A DNA stretch of 64,000 nt from Candidatus Poribacteria bacterium (GTDB taxonomy: Bacteria; Poribacteria; WGA-4E; WGA-3G), in contig OZ244048.1 of assembly GCA_965215265.1 (NCBI GenBank), positions 608,001 through 672,000 of the forward strand, in the 5' to 3' direction. Below, piece by piece: positions 1 to 10,245 of the stretch. Made by a program: the position numbers and the translations under genes. Each line of letters starts with the position of its first letter. Positions within the stretch are counted from its first letter, which is position 1. The notes under the pieces were generated by a model. The model did not search any database, was not told the origin of the DNA, and saw nothing but the letters and a program-made list of their open reading frames with translations.

Positions 1-1
1 A

Positions 2-241
2 CGCATCCCCGGAAAAACACGAGATCCGGCAGAAGTCGAATTTGACAGTGCCGGCAACGCAGTTGATGCAGGAACGCCAGGGTGGTGGACGCTCAACCTG
101 CACGGCGGTGTCAAACTCTTTGAATATACGCGTTTGACGTTAGCACTCGAAAATTTGCTAGATCAGCGGTATCGTCCGCATGGCTCGGGTGTCAACGCAC
201 CGGGTTTCAATGTGAGTCTAAGTTTAGACAACCGGTTTTAG
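2..241 (+). CDS. TonB-dependent receptor, C-terminal fragment (5' truncated by window edge)
   Basis: Frame 2 reads ...GTPGWWTLNLHGG...LTLALENLLDQRYRPHGSGVNAPGFNVSLSLDNRF*; has the 'ENLLDxxY...PG' TonB C-terminal signature and a terminal Phe. Confidence 0.85.
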   Translation, partial: RIPGKTRDPAEVEFDSAGNAVDAGTPGWWTLNLHGGVKLFEYTRLTLALENLLDQRYRPHGSGVNAPGFNVSLSLDNRF

Positions 242-285
242 AACTTCACAATTTAGTGGGTGCAGGTATCGCCTGTGCCCACGAC

Positions 286-798
286 TTACAACACATTAAA
301 TTTCCGCTTGATAAATTCTACAACAATCGGCGGGACCATCTCCAACAGTTTTTCCTCACTGACTTTTCCCTGTCCCATCTCTACAACCTCCATGACAAGT
401 GTCGAGCTAATATGCGCATACTCGGTATTCGCCATCATAAAGAGCGTATCAATATCCGGGGCGATGTGCTGATTCATCCGTGCCATTTTAAATTCCCACT
501 CAAAGTCTGAGACTTCCCGCAACCCTCGAATGATAACGCACGCACCTTGTTTCTCTGCGTACTGTACTGTTAGACCTGTATACTGATTGATTTCGGCTTG
601 TGGATGCGGTTGAATGACTGTCTCCAGCATCCGGATGCGTTGTTCAAGCGTGAAACGCGCGGCTTTGGCCGGGTTGGTGCCGATGGCAACAATGAGCCGG
701 TCAAAGATACCAAGGTTACAAACCCGTCCAATGAGATCGGCGTGGCCGTTGGTAACCGGGTCAAAACTCGCAGGGAAGATAGCGGTTTTGGTGGACAT
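286..798 (-). CDS. coaD: Pantetheine-phosphate adenylyltransferase
   Basis: IFPASFDPVTNGH (HIGH-like motif), IIRGLREVSDFEWE, ISSTLV; likely start ATG at 798. Confidence 0.95.
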   Translation of the reverse strand: MSTKTAIFPASFDPVTNGHADLIGRVCNLGIFDRLIVAIGTNPAKAARFTLEQRIRMLETVIQPHPQAEINQYTGLTVQYAEKQGACVIIRGLREVSDFEWEFKMARMNQHIAPDIDTLFMMANTEYAHISSTLVMEVVEMGQGKVSEEKLLEMVPPIVVEFIKRKFNVL

Positions 799-820
799 AT
801 AGATTCCTTTTTGATGTAAA

Positions 821-2908
821 TTATGGAGTTTTAAGCAGTTCTGCTGCAAACTGATTGATGTCGAATTCCCGCCATGTCATGTTTCCATACATATCAATAG
901 TAGATAATTGGACCTTGTTGATGTTCTTATACGGTAATTCAAATGCCACAGTAGTCTCTTTTTCACCATTCAATTTTTGCCACCCATGCAAGATGAATCC
1001 CCCTTTCTTCTTTTCCTCTATCCAGTACCTCTTGTTTCGTTGTTTATTCTGATTTATCTGGTATCCTGGTGGCGGCGTATAGGATGTTGGGGGGACCTGA
1101 AACTGAATTTGATGGATGCCATCGTTATCTGTTACGACAAACCGGAGACGTGTTATCTTGGGTTGTGCGGGAGTCGATGGTAATTTCTCACGAGAAGAAT
1201 TTTCTAACGCAGCCTCTTTAGATTTATTAATCGTTGCCCGTTCATTGAAAAAGGGTTGGTTAGGATTAAAGAAGCGACTTTTACTTAACCATTCTGCGGC
1301 ACATTTAGACAATCGGTTTTTGGTTTTGCCATAAGACATAATATGGTTGGGATGCCGAAAATCGTGTTCTAATCCAAAGGCGTGTCCGAGTTCATGTGCG
1401 ATAATCTCCCACTTAAGTTCTTCACGGGAATTGTAAATGAAAGCACTTCCGCCATGGGTTGCTCCCATCAATTCTTTATTATATAGAAATAGATGAGGAG
1501 AGCCTGTTCCGCTTATCTTATCACTTTTATTATTCACGACTACAACCCAGACATTCTTTGACCGATCAAAATGTTTAGAAATTTCCTGCTTGATTTTTGA
1601 TGCTGCGTTCCCGTCATAGTACTTTTGAGAGTATTGTCCTTTGACAAGATAAACTTTGGCTTTACCGCGAGCATCAGTTTCAAAAGTGAAGGTTTTTCTG
1701 CCGAATCCATGGTATTCCATCTGATCTGCGTAAAACCGCTGCACTTTACTGATGACCCTATTCAGTTTTACCCGGATGGTTCTCTGTGGTGTGCCATCAG
1801 ACGGCAAGAAGTAAATCATGCGAACGACATCAGCGTTCATCGTGTCAAGCGTTGCTAATTGCTGGGGTGTGACATCCCACAAGTAGAGAATTCCATTACT
1901 ATTGCCAGTAGCAAGTACGCTGCCGTCTCGTGAAAAGTCGACAGCGCGAGCGTCCTCCTCAAATAGTACGATGGGTGCACCATTCTCCACTGCCCATAGT
2001 CCTATTCCGTTAATATGGGCACCTGCCCACAGTTTTCGCTGTGGCGCGAACGCCAAATCCAAAGTCCTTCCACGCTGCACCTCACCATGCAGGTGCAGCT
2101 GAGGTAAAGTCAAAATGGCGTTCCCATCATATCCGCCACTCGCAAGGAATCGGTTATCAGGAGAAAACTTGACAGGTAGCGTCTTGTCTGGCACGCCTTT
2201 GAAGGACTTTATGAGCTGTGCACTCTCTATATCCCAGATATTCACGTTTCCGCCAGTGTCGCCGGCAACGAGCCAGTTGCCGTCCGGTGAAAAGTCAAGT
2301 CCAAATATTATATTTTTACCCTCGTCTAATTTGGAAGTCTCGTGAGGTAGCGTCCCTATTTTCGTTATCTCATTCGGATTCCGGATGTTCCAGAGCGTCA
2401 CGTATATAGCAGCACTAGCGAGTTGATGCCCAGTCGGAGAAATGGCAACAGTAGTGACAGGGATTCGACTAACAGAATTGATTTTCCTACCAGAGGAAAC
2501 ATCCCACAATATAGTACCATCTAAACTGCCACTAACAAGAAAATCTCCCGCCGGAGAAAAGGCGATGCATCTAACTGTCTTAGTATGACCGATGCAAGTT
2601 ATCTCATTCCCGTTGATGTGATTCCAGAGTTTAATAGTGTTATCGGCGCCTGCACTCGCAACGAGAGAAGAATTCACCGGTGAAACAGCCACAGAGTGAA
2701 TATCAGCCCCATGATTAAACTCCGCGTACGGATTTACCTTTTCTGGTGGTTTTGCAAATGTCCAGTTGGAATTTTGCAGCCACGTGAAAAAATCAACCAA
2801 CTCAGTAATAGTGAAAGTACGGAAGAAATAGTCAATCACGCCAAAAAGCACGAATACAAGGCACAATCTCATTATTACCGATTTAAGCTGTTTTTGATGG
2901 GATTCCAC
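821..2908 (-). CDS. Membrane-anchored WD40-repeat protein with zincin metallopeptidase domain
   Basis: N-terminal hydrophobic segment; WD40 repeats (SAGADNTIKLWN, GHTKTVRCIAFSP, GNVNIWD, LYLWD); HELGHAFGLEH zinc motif with downstream IMSY Met-turn. Confidence 0.85.
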   Translation of the reverse strand: MESHQKQLKSVIMRLCLVFVLFGVIDYFFRTFTITELVDFFTWLQNSNWTFAKPPEKVNPYAEFNHGADIHSVAVSPVNSSLVASAGADNTIKLWNHINGNEITCIGHTKTVRCIAFSPAGDFLVSGSLDGTILWDVSSGRKINSVSRIPVTTVAISPTGHQLASAAIYVTLWNIRNPNEITKIGTLPHETSKLDEGKNIIFGLDFSPDGNWLVAGDTGGNVNIWDIESAQLIKSFKGVPDKTLPVKFSPDNRFLASGGYDGNAILTLPQLHLHGEVQRGRTLDLAFAPQRKLWAGAHINGIGLWAVENGAPIVLFEEDARAVDFSRDGSVLATGNSNGILYLWDVTPQQLATLDTMNADVVRMIYFLPSDGTPQRTIRVKLNRVISKVQRFYADQMEYHGFGRKTFTFETDARGKAKVYLVKGQYSQKYYDGNAASKIKQEISKHFDRSKNVWVVVVNNKSDKISGTGSPHLFLYNKELMGATHGGSAFIYNSREELKWEIIAHELGHAFGLEHDFRHPNHIMSYGKTKNRLSKCAAEWLSKSRFFNPNQPFFNERATINKSKEAALENSSREKLPSTPAQPKITRLRFVVTDNDGIHQIQFQVPPTSYTPPPGYQINQNKQRNKRYWIEEKKKGGFILHGWQKLNGEKETTVAFELPYKNINKVQLSTIDMYGNMTWREFDINQFAAELLKTP

Positions 2909-3080
2909 ATCAGGCGACTCCTATGAGCATTCTTTAAGTTTTATAGCATTATAGCAGAAAAAAAGGTGATGGGCAAGTCCGAGAAGTTAATCTCAGACCG
3001 GACGGCCAAATCCGACTGTGATGAAGGGCGGAACATGTTCACGTAATTGAAAACCAAATTGTACTATGGCGAACATTAGT

Positions 3081-3109
3081 TTGTATTTTTAACGAACGTG
3101 TGATATAAT
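3081..3109 (+). promoter_or_regulatory. sigma70-type promoter for ThuA-like gene
   Basis: TTGTAT-N17-TATAAT followed by AAGGAGG RBS. Confidence 0.6.
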
Positions 3110-3139
3110 GGTATCATTATATACTAAGGAGGCAAGACA

Positions 3140-3769
3140 ATGGGAAAAATTAATACACTCGTTTTCGCAGGTGGTGCGATTCATGATTGGAAAGGCTGCA
3201 GTGACGAAATTGTGAAAGCCCTCTCACAGCGAGATGAATTTGAAATTACCAGAGTTGAAGAAGATCTGGATGCGCTGATTTCGCCCAACCTAGATGCTTA
3301 CGACCTTGTCGTTTTTTATTATACGATAGGCGAGATTTCAGATGCCCAGAAGAACGGCTTACTCAATCATATCGCGTCCGGCAAGGGTTATGTAGGTGTG
3401 CATTCGGCGGCGGATTCGTTCCGGGGATGTCCCGAGTACCGTTCCATGGTTGGTGGTTATTTTGTAACGCACCCGCGCTACCGTGAATATCAGGTTAGCA
3501 TCGTCGATAACGAACACGATATTACGAAAGGCCTTGATGAATTCGTTGTCACAGATGAGCAGTACATTCTTGATTACGATACTAGGAATCATGTACTTGC
3601 ATCAGCCTTGTGGAAAGGCGATGCAGTGCCTGTAGCGTGGACCAAGAATTGGGGCGAGGGCCGTGTTTTCTATCTGGCACTGGGCCATGATGCTTCAGCA
3701 TGTCAGCATGAAATGTTTGGTACGCTGCTGCAGCGGGGCGCTCTCTGGGCAGGCAGCAACAATGCTTAA
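3140..3769 (+). CDS. ThuA-domain (class I glutamine amidotransferase-like) protein
   Basis: GGAIHDW, GKGYVGVHSA, GGYFVTHP, WTKNWGEGRVFYLALGH motifs. Confidence 0.85.
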   Translation: MGKINTLVFAGGAIHDWKGCSDEIVKALSQRDEFEITRVEEDLDALISPNLDAYDLVVFYYTIGEISDAQKNGLLNHIASGKGYVGVHSAADSFRGCPEYRSMVGGYFVTHPRYREYQVSIVDNEHDITKGLDEFVVTDEQYILDYDTRNHVLASALWKGDAVPVAWTKNWGEGRVFYLALGHDASACQHEMFGTLLQRGALWAGSNNA

Positions 3770-3987
3770 GCACAAGTTTTTAGAGAGATAGCACCTCAAA
3801 CGCACATTATCTATGTCTAGCACAAAGATAGTTTTCAGGTAGGGCACGGGAAGACGCACTGACAGCGCGTGCTGCGGCGCGCTTACAAAAATCAGAAAAT
3901 CGTCTCCTATTCTTGCGCACAGCAGGCAAAATATCTCTGAGAGACGACTAATACCGACGCGTCTCTCAGCCGTTTCTACGACAAAAG

Positions 3988-4611
3988 ATGAAACAGAAAA
4001 TCACCAATATTCAGGTACTACCTGAAATGCCTACGCATTGTCAACTTTTCCTGGACGGCAAACCCTTTGTCGTTGCTCAGACTGCTCTGATTGTCAATTC
4101 CGGTTTGCGCGTCGGGCTGGAAATTGAGGCAGAAATCGTCGACAGGCTCATCGCTGCCGACGAGGTGATACGGGCGAAAAACTATGCACTCAGTCTGCTC
4201 CGGGAAGAAATCCAGAGTAAAGGACAGATGGAAACCCGGCTTGAACAAGAAGGTTTTACAGAACAAGCCATTCACACCGTCATTACCGAATTAATTCAGG
4301 CCGGGAACATCCGAGACCGGAAGTATGCTGAGAATTGGGTGCGGCGGCGGCAAAAATCAAATCCGCGTGGGAAAACCGTGTTGAAGCAGGAACTCGTTGA
4401 GAGAGGTATAGACCTCAAAACCGCTGAAAAGGTTGTAGCTGAGGTAGAAATAGAAGATGAGGAACGGCTGGCACTGGAGCTGGCACAAAAACGGGCGAAG
4501 CAGTATAAGCGGCTGCCGCTGCACGTGGCGAAACGGCGTTTACATGGCGTACTAGCGCGGCGCGGGTTTGACGCAGAAACCATTCAGCAGGTTCTTAATC
4601 AAGTTTTTTAA
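3988..4611 (+). CDS. recX: RecX family regulator
   Basis: DRKYAENWV, RGKTVLKQELVERGI, LARRGF motifs; adjacent to alaS as commonly seen. Confidence 0.85.
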   Translation: MKQKITNIQVLPEMPTHCQLFLDGKPFVVAQTALIVNSGLRVGLEIEAEIVDRLIAADEVIRAKNYALSLLREEIQSKGQMETRLEQEGFTEQAIHTVITELIQAGNIRDRKYAENWVRRRQKSNPRGKTVLKQELVERGIDLKTAEKVVAEVEIEDEERLALELAQKRAKQYKRLPLHVAKRRLHGVLARRGFDAETIQQVLNQVF

Positions 4612-4681
4612 TATGGCGTTACTGAAAGCACAAGACGGAGCTAAAACCGAACGCCCAGACAAACTGCCCCAAAATATTTTC

Positions 4682-4710
4682 TTGACTTCTCTGCGGAAAT
4701 GGGGTATAAT
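4682..4710 (+). promoter_or_regulatory. sigma70 promoter of alaS
   Basis: TTGACT-N17-TATAAT. Confidence 0.7.
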
Positions 4711-4735
4711 GAAATAAAGGGGAGCAAGTTGGAAG

Positions 4736-7399
4736 ATGACATCAGATGAAATCAGAACCAGTTTTTTAGAGTACTTCCGTAAGCACGGGCACACAGTCGT
4801 CCCGAGTGCATCGCTTATACCCGCAGGCGATGAAACGTTGCTGTTTACGAACGCAGGGATGAACCAATTCAAAGAGGTTTTTCTCGGAATTGGACAGCGC
4901 GAATATACGCGTGCCGTCGATACGCAGAAATGCCTACGCGTCAGCGGTAAACACAACGATTTGGAAGAGGTCGGATACTCACCAAGCCACCATACCTTCT
5001 TTGAAATGCTCGGAAACTGGTCTTTCGGGGATTATTACAAACAGGAAGCCATCGCTTTTGCCTGGGAATTGGTTACTGAACTCTGGAAAATTCCACAAGA
5101 ACTTTTGTGGGCTACGGTATATATTGACGATGACGAGTCAGAAAAACTCTGGCTCCAAGAGACAGAGCTCCCCCTTTCACGTATCCGCCGTTGTGAAAAG
5201 GACAATTTCTGGGAAATGGGCGAGACCGGCCCTTGCGGCCCGTGTAGTGAACTTTTTATCGATATGGGTGTGGATGCCTTTCCTGAAACTGCAAATGATC
5301 CGGACGCAGGCCCCAACACAAGCGACCGGTTCCGCGAATTCTGGAATCTGGTGTTTATCCAATACAATCGCGATGAAAAGGGAACCCTGTCGCCACTGCC
5401 TGCAACGCATGTAGATACAGGGATGGGTTTCGAACGGATTACCTCCATCTTGCAAGGAGTTGATTCTAACTACAAAACAGATCTGTTTACGCCGCTCTTA
5501 GCGACGATTTCTGATATGACAAATACTGCCTATTTTGACGATGAACGCGGGTTGCCGCATCGCGTAATTGCAGACCACGTACGATGCTTAACGTTCGCCA
5601 TCGGGGACGGTGTCATGCCGTCTAACGAGGGGCGCGGGTACGTCATCCGGCGAATTTTGCGGCGTGCGGTACTATACGGTAAAAAACTACAGATGAATGA
5701 AGCGTTCATCTACCAACTTGTGGACAAAGTCATCGGCTTGCTCGGCGATGTTTTCCCTGATGTGATGCCGCGCTACGATTTTATCAAAAAAACAATTCAA
5801 GCCGAAGAGAGCCGCTTCCATCAAACATTGGAGCGCGGCTTGGAGATGCTGGACCTGTCTTTAGAGGAACTCGCCGCTGAAGATAAGACGTGCCTTGACG
5901 GCAAACGTGCGTTTGAACTTTACGATACGTTTGGATTTCCACTCGATTTGACGCAGATTTTAGCACGCGAACGTGGATTTTCTATTGATGAAGCTAGCTT
6001 TGAGACGAGCATGGAAGCGCAACGTGAACGTGGGCGCGCGGCATGGCAGGCAGCAGGCGGTGGCGTAAAAGATGCTGAGGTTTCCGTATATGCAGAAGTA
6101 CTCAAAGAAGGCAGCGCTACTGAATTTGTCGGTTACACGCAAGAGAGTACGGAAGCAGAAATTGTCGCCTTAATCGCTGACAAGGAATCGGTAGCAAGTG
6201 CAAAACAGGGAGACAAGGTGGCCGTACTGCTCAACCGCACACCTTTTTACGGAGAAGCCGGCGGCCAGGTCGGCGATATCGGCACGCTTGAAAGCCAGAA
6301 TGCAAAATTGGCGGTATTAGATACACTTAAACCTTCTGCTGATTTAACTGTACACCACTGCAAGGTACTTGAAGGGGAGCTCACACCGTATACGACTGTG
6401 CACGCCCAAATTGATGTGGCACACCGAAACGCGGTAACTGTGAGCCACACCGCTACACATCTCTTACACAGTGGTTTGCGACACATCCTTGGAACGCACG
6501 TCGGACAAGCAGGTTCACTCGTTGAAGCCGGTAGATTACGATTCGATTTTTCACATTACGAAGCCGTTTCATCAGCAGATTTGCGCGAAATTGAGGACTT
6601 TGTCAACCAAAAAATTCGTGAGAATGACGAACTCCGTATTGCCGAGATGCTGTTAGACGAGGCCAAATCCCGTGGCGCGCTCGCCTTCTTCGGCGATAAA
6701 TATGGTGACACCGTCCGTGTCGTACAAGCCGGTACATACAGCATTGAGTTATGCGGCGGCACGCACGTCCAAGCGACGGGTGACCTCGGTTTTGTTAAAC
6801 TGATAAGCGAGAGCAGCATCGCCGCGGGGGTTCGCCGCGTTGAAGCACTCACCGGCGAAGCAGCCACGGCAGCGGTTCAGGATGACTATGCCCTCCTTGG
6901 GAACCTTGCCAACTTGCTGAAGACTCCTAAAACCAGTTTGACGGAACGGGTTGAACGGCTACTTCAAGAACAGCGTGAATTAGAGCAACAACTCCGACAG
7001 TTGAAAGGACAGATAGCCGTTTCTAACATCAGCACTTTAGTGGAATCGGCGAAGGTCATAGAAGGGGTGAAACTTGTCGCCTCGCGCGTAGAAGGTACGG
7101 ATAGGAACGGCTTGCGCCGGCTGGTTGATGAGCTCAAAACGCGCCTTGAATCTGGCGTTGTCGTACTCGCCTCTGTGACGAATGGAGAGATAGCGTTCGT
7201 TGTGGGCGTAACTGCAGAACTGGTTAAGACACGTGGGTTGCATGCCGGTAAAATTATTGCAGAAGTCGCCGATATTGCCGATGGCCGCGGCGGGGGCCGC
7301 CCGGAACTCGCGCAAGGTGGCGGCAAAAATCTTAGTCAACTGGAAACGGCAATTCAAGCCGCAGAAAACATCGTTGGAAAACATCTTGGAACATGCTAA
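4736..7399 (+). CDS. alaS: Alanine--tRNA ligase
   Basis: LLFTNAGMNQFK, HHTFFEMLGNWSFGDYYK, DTGMGFER, HTATHLLH, ELCGGTH, GGGRPELAQGGG. Confidence 0.99.
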   Translation: MTSDEIRTSFLEYFRKHGHTVVPSASLIPAGDETLLFTNAGMNQFKEVFLGIGQREYTRAVDTQKCLRVSGKHNDLEEVGYSPSHHTFFEMLGNWSFGDYYKQEAIAFAWELVTELWKIPQELLWATVYIDDDESEKLWLQETELPLSRIRRCEKDNFWEMGETGPCGPCSELFIDMGVDAFPETANDPDAGPNTSDRFREFWNLVFIQYNRDEKGTLSPLPATHVDTGMGFERITSILQGVDSNYKTDLFTPLLATISDMTNTAYFDDERGLPHRVIADHVRCLTFAIGDGVMPSNEGRGYVIRRILRRAVLYGKKLQMNEAFIYQLVDKVIGLLGDVFPDVMPRYDFIKKTIQAEESRFHQTLERGLEMLDLSLEELAAEDKTCLDGKRAFELYDTFGFPLDLTQILARERGFSIDEASFETSMEAQRERGRAAWQAAGGGVKDAEVSVYAEVLKEGSATEFVGYTQESTEAEIVALIADKESVASAKQGDKVAVLLNRTPFYGEAGGQVGDIGTLESQNAKLAVLDTLKPSADLTVHHCKVLEGELTPYTTVHAQIDVAHRNAVTVSHTATHLLHSGLRHILGTHVGQAGSLVEAGRLRFDFSHYEAVSSADLREIEDFVNQKIRENDELRIAEMLLDEAKSRGALAFFGDKYGDTVRVVQAGTYSIELCGGTHVQATGDLGFVKLISESSIAAGVRRVEALTGEAATAAVQDDYALLGNLANLLKTPKTSLTERVERLLQEQRELEQQLRQLKGQIAVSNISTLVESAKVIEGVKLVASRVEGTDRNGLRRLVDELKTRLESGVVVLASVTNGEIAFVVGVTAELVKTRGLHAGKIIAEVADIADGRGGGRPELAQGGGKNLSQLETAIQAAENIVGKHLGTC

Positions 7400-7445
7400 A
7401 GGGGCTCGATGATGCCCCTCATGCTGAGATTAAGAAGGAGAAGTT

Positions 7446-7994
7446 ATGGATTGGGCGATAGTCGCTTCACTGTTTTGGAAAATCGGCCTCGGTATTTTTC
7501 TACTTGCCTTGACAGTACTCGCTGGCTATATGTGTGCAACCTTTGGCAGCCTCCGAAACTCGCTAAATAGCATCCAAAACACACTGAATTCTACCGAAAA
7601 TCTCGTGAATCAAGAACTCGGAGAATTGATTAATGAGATGCATCAGACTGTCAAAGAGGTGAACAAAGAATTACCGGAATTGCTACAAAATCTAAACGGA
7701 TTGACAGCTTCGTTTCAAGACATTAGCAACTCTGAACTTCAACCGACCGCACATAATATTCAAGAGATGAGTGAGGCTCTGAACCAGAGCATTAGGGAGC
7801 TCAGTGCCTTAGTTGAAAAAGCGAGTCAGTTTTCGGGCCAGACGCTTGAACAAGCGACGTTTTTCCGAAACCAACTTGCGACATCCCTGGCGGAACTCCT
7901 AAGTTTATGGCAGGGAATCAAAGCAGGCTGGGAAAACTTCCGGTCGAATTCCTCACAACCCGCACCCGCGGATGAGGAAGACACTGCTGCATAG
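7446..7994 (+). CDS. DUF948/YoxC-like membrane-anchored coiled-coil protein
   Basis: Single N-terminal TM segment then heptad-rich helix; paired with YtxH-like gene. Confidence 0.65.
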   Translation: MDWAIVASLFWKIGLGIFLLALTVLAGYMCATFGSLRNSLNSIQNTLNSTENLVNQELGELINEMHQTVKEVNKELPELLQNLNGLTASFQDISNSELQPTAHNIQEMSEALNQSIRELSALVEKASQFSGQTLEQATFFRNQLATSLAELLSLWQGIKAGWENFRSNSSQPAPADEEDTAA

Positions 7995-8157
7995 AAACAA
8001 AATGGCGAAAAAGGCAGAAGACGTTTACGCTGTCAGAATAGACCGAATCCTATTTCGTATATTCTAAACGTGTCGTACCACTTCTTACGAGAAAAACTGT
8101 AGCAAAAGATGTTTGAAAAAAACAATCTGAACCTAAACCTAATTGAAAGGAAAAAAA

Positions 8158-8568
8158 ATGAATAATAATGGACAGAACAGCGGGCTTGCAATGATATTCG
8201 CTTTCTTTACCGGTTTTTTAGCCGGGGCAGTTATCAGTCTACTCTATGCCCCCAGCTCAGGCAAGGAGACTCGCAAGAAGATACGCGAGAAATCCGTTGA
8301 TGCGAAAAACCGGACCGTAGAATTGGCACATCAAGCCTCCGAAAGCACACAAGAGAGCATTCATAACCTTGTTGAACAAGGTCGAGAAAATGTCCAAGGG
8401 CTCGTTGACCAAGGGAAAGAACGTCTTCATGATGCCGGTGAACAAGTAAAACAGGCTGTTGAAACAGGTCGACGTGTCTCCTCAGAGGTTCGCACGAAAC
8501 TGGCGAACTCCATTCCAAACATCAGCCAATCTGAAGAGGCTGATGAAGAAACGACCGAAAAATCCTAA
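8158..8568 (+). CDS. YtxH-domain protein
   Basis: [24 protein letters not shown] signature. Confidence 0.85.
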   Translation: MNNNGQNSGLAMIFAFFTGFLAGAVISLLYAPSSGKETRKKIREKSVDAKNRTVELAHQASESTQESIHNLVEQGRENVQGLVDQGKERLHDAGEQVKQAVETGRRVSSEVRTKLANSIPNISQSEEADEETTEKS

Positions 8569-8584
8569 GGCACGTGTCTTTAGC

Positions 8585-9334
8585 ATGGAAACTGAAAAGT
8601 TAAGGACCCTGCTTGAACAGGTCGAACGCGGAGAGGTTGACGTGGATGAGGCCGTGCAATCTCTCCGCACACTTCCGTTTGAAGACTTAGGGTTCTCAAA
8701 AATAGATCATCATCGGCAGCTCCGAACTGGATTTCCAGAAGTCATCTTCTGTGAGGGGAAAACGGTGACGCAAGTGCAGCAGATTAGTGAACGCATCCTC
8801 GCAGCAGGCCATCCTCTCTTGGCGACACGCGCTACGCCTGAAATGTACAACAAGGTGAAGGAAATTCACACTGCTGCCCGGTATAATCCACTGGCTCGAA
8901 CTATCACTGTCTCACGTTTCGCTGAACAAGGCACTCCGGGTATTCTAATCGTCGCTGCCGGTACGTCCGATCTGCCGGTGGCTGAAGAAGCCGCTGAGAC
9001 GGCGCAGATTATGGGTAACTTCCCCGAACGTCTTTACGATGTCGGCGTTGCCGGGCTCCACCGTTTAATAGGCAACCATGACAAACTCCTCTCCGCAGAT
9101 GTCATCATCGTTGTTGCCGGGATGGAGGGTGCCTTGCCAAGCGTCGTTGGCGGATTGGTGGATAGTCCTGTAATTGCCGTGCCGACAAGCGTAGGTTACG
9201 GCGCTAATTTTGGTGGACTTGCGGCCTTATTGGGAATGCTCAATAGTTGTGCTTCGGGTGTTACCGTGGTCAATATAGACAACGGCTTCGGGGCAGGCTA
9301 TAGTGCTTCGCTTATGAATCGTCTCAGGACTTAG
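8585..9334 (+). CDS. larB: Nickel-pincer cofactor biosynthesis protein LarB (AIR carboxylase-like)
   Basis: [59 protein letters not shown]. Confidence 0.92.
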   Translation: METEKLRTLLEQVERGEVDVDEAVQSLRTLPFEDLGFSKIDHHRQLRTGFPEVIFCEGKTVTQVQQISERILAAGHPLLATRATPEMYNKVKEIHTAARYNPLARTITVSRFAEQGTPGILIVAAGTSDLPVAEEAAETAQIMGNFPERLYDVGVAGLHRLIGNHDKLLSADVIIVVAGMEGALPSVVGGLVDSPVIAVPTSVGYGANFGGLAALLGMLNSCASGVTVVNIDNGFGAGYSASLMNRLRT

Positions 9335-9388
9335 TTTACAAGCCTATCTTCAAAAGTCAGCCCCTAAAAAACTCTCATATCTCTTTCT

Positions 9389-10003
9389 CTATTCCTCTCC
9401 GTCCTTACGTTTAACCTTCAACTCAATAACTTGACTGCTCCCTTGCTGCCCGGCGCGTTCCGCTTTTAATCGGACGAATTCGGCATCTGAATCTGAATCA
9501 GTTTGAATGCTGAGTGTGATGATATCGTCTCCAATTTTACATCGAACGGTGTTTCCTAGTACTCGCGTGTGGGGTTTCCAGACAACGCCTGATGCTTGGG
9601 CGTAGGTAGTCAATCCTGCTTGGATCGCCTTTGAAATTGTGCCGTTGGCATTCCGTACCTGCTGCGCAGCTTTCGCGGCATCGTTTGCAGCGGCTGATAG
9701 GCGCGTTCGGACCGGTTCATCAGATTCATCTGGCTCCATTTTACTTTTTCGCACGGCGAAGTAGATAGCAGTTGCCAGAATTCCGACAAATCCGGCGGTT
9801 ATCAGTAAAACAGTAACTTGTAATTCGCGACGGCGTGCCATGCTTTCAAAATCCTCACGATGGTGAGGATAGATGGCATCGTGAGCAGATAGCACGGGAC
9901 TCCAGCACAAAAAAAATCCGATAAACAGCATCGCGAAAATGTAGCAAACCATAGCGTGCCGTCTGCAACCGCAGATTGTAACGTCAGGACGTATCTTAGC
10001 CAT
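9389..10003 (-). CDS. Hypothetical membrane protein
   Basis: Open frame with signal-like and TM hydrophobic segments; start codon uncertain. Confidence 0.55.
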   Translation of the reverse strand: MAKIRPDVTICGCRRHAMVCYIFAMLFIGFFLCWSPVLSAHDAIYPHHREDFESMARRRELQVTVLLITAGFVGILATAIYFAVRKSKMEPDESDEPVRTRLSAAANDAAKAAQQVRNANGTISKAIQAGLTTYAQASGVVWKPHTRVLGNTVRCKIGDDIITLSIQTDSDSDAEFVRLKAERAGQQGSSQVIELKVKRKDGEE

Positions 10004-10245
10004 ATCCCATTGCCTTAAATTGTCTTGTCTGCTTTTCCATATACAATATACCATATACAATGAGATAGCGTTACTACAATCCCACCGCATATCAGTATAA
10101 CAAAAAGCAGGGGACGGATCAAGATCCAATTTGGATATTATTTCCATCTTTTGTCTGAATCAGGATTAACAGGATTTTAAGATTCTCATGAGAACGGTTC
10201 TGCAAAAAACTTGACAGATTATGGATTTTGTTGATAATAGATTAT

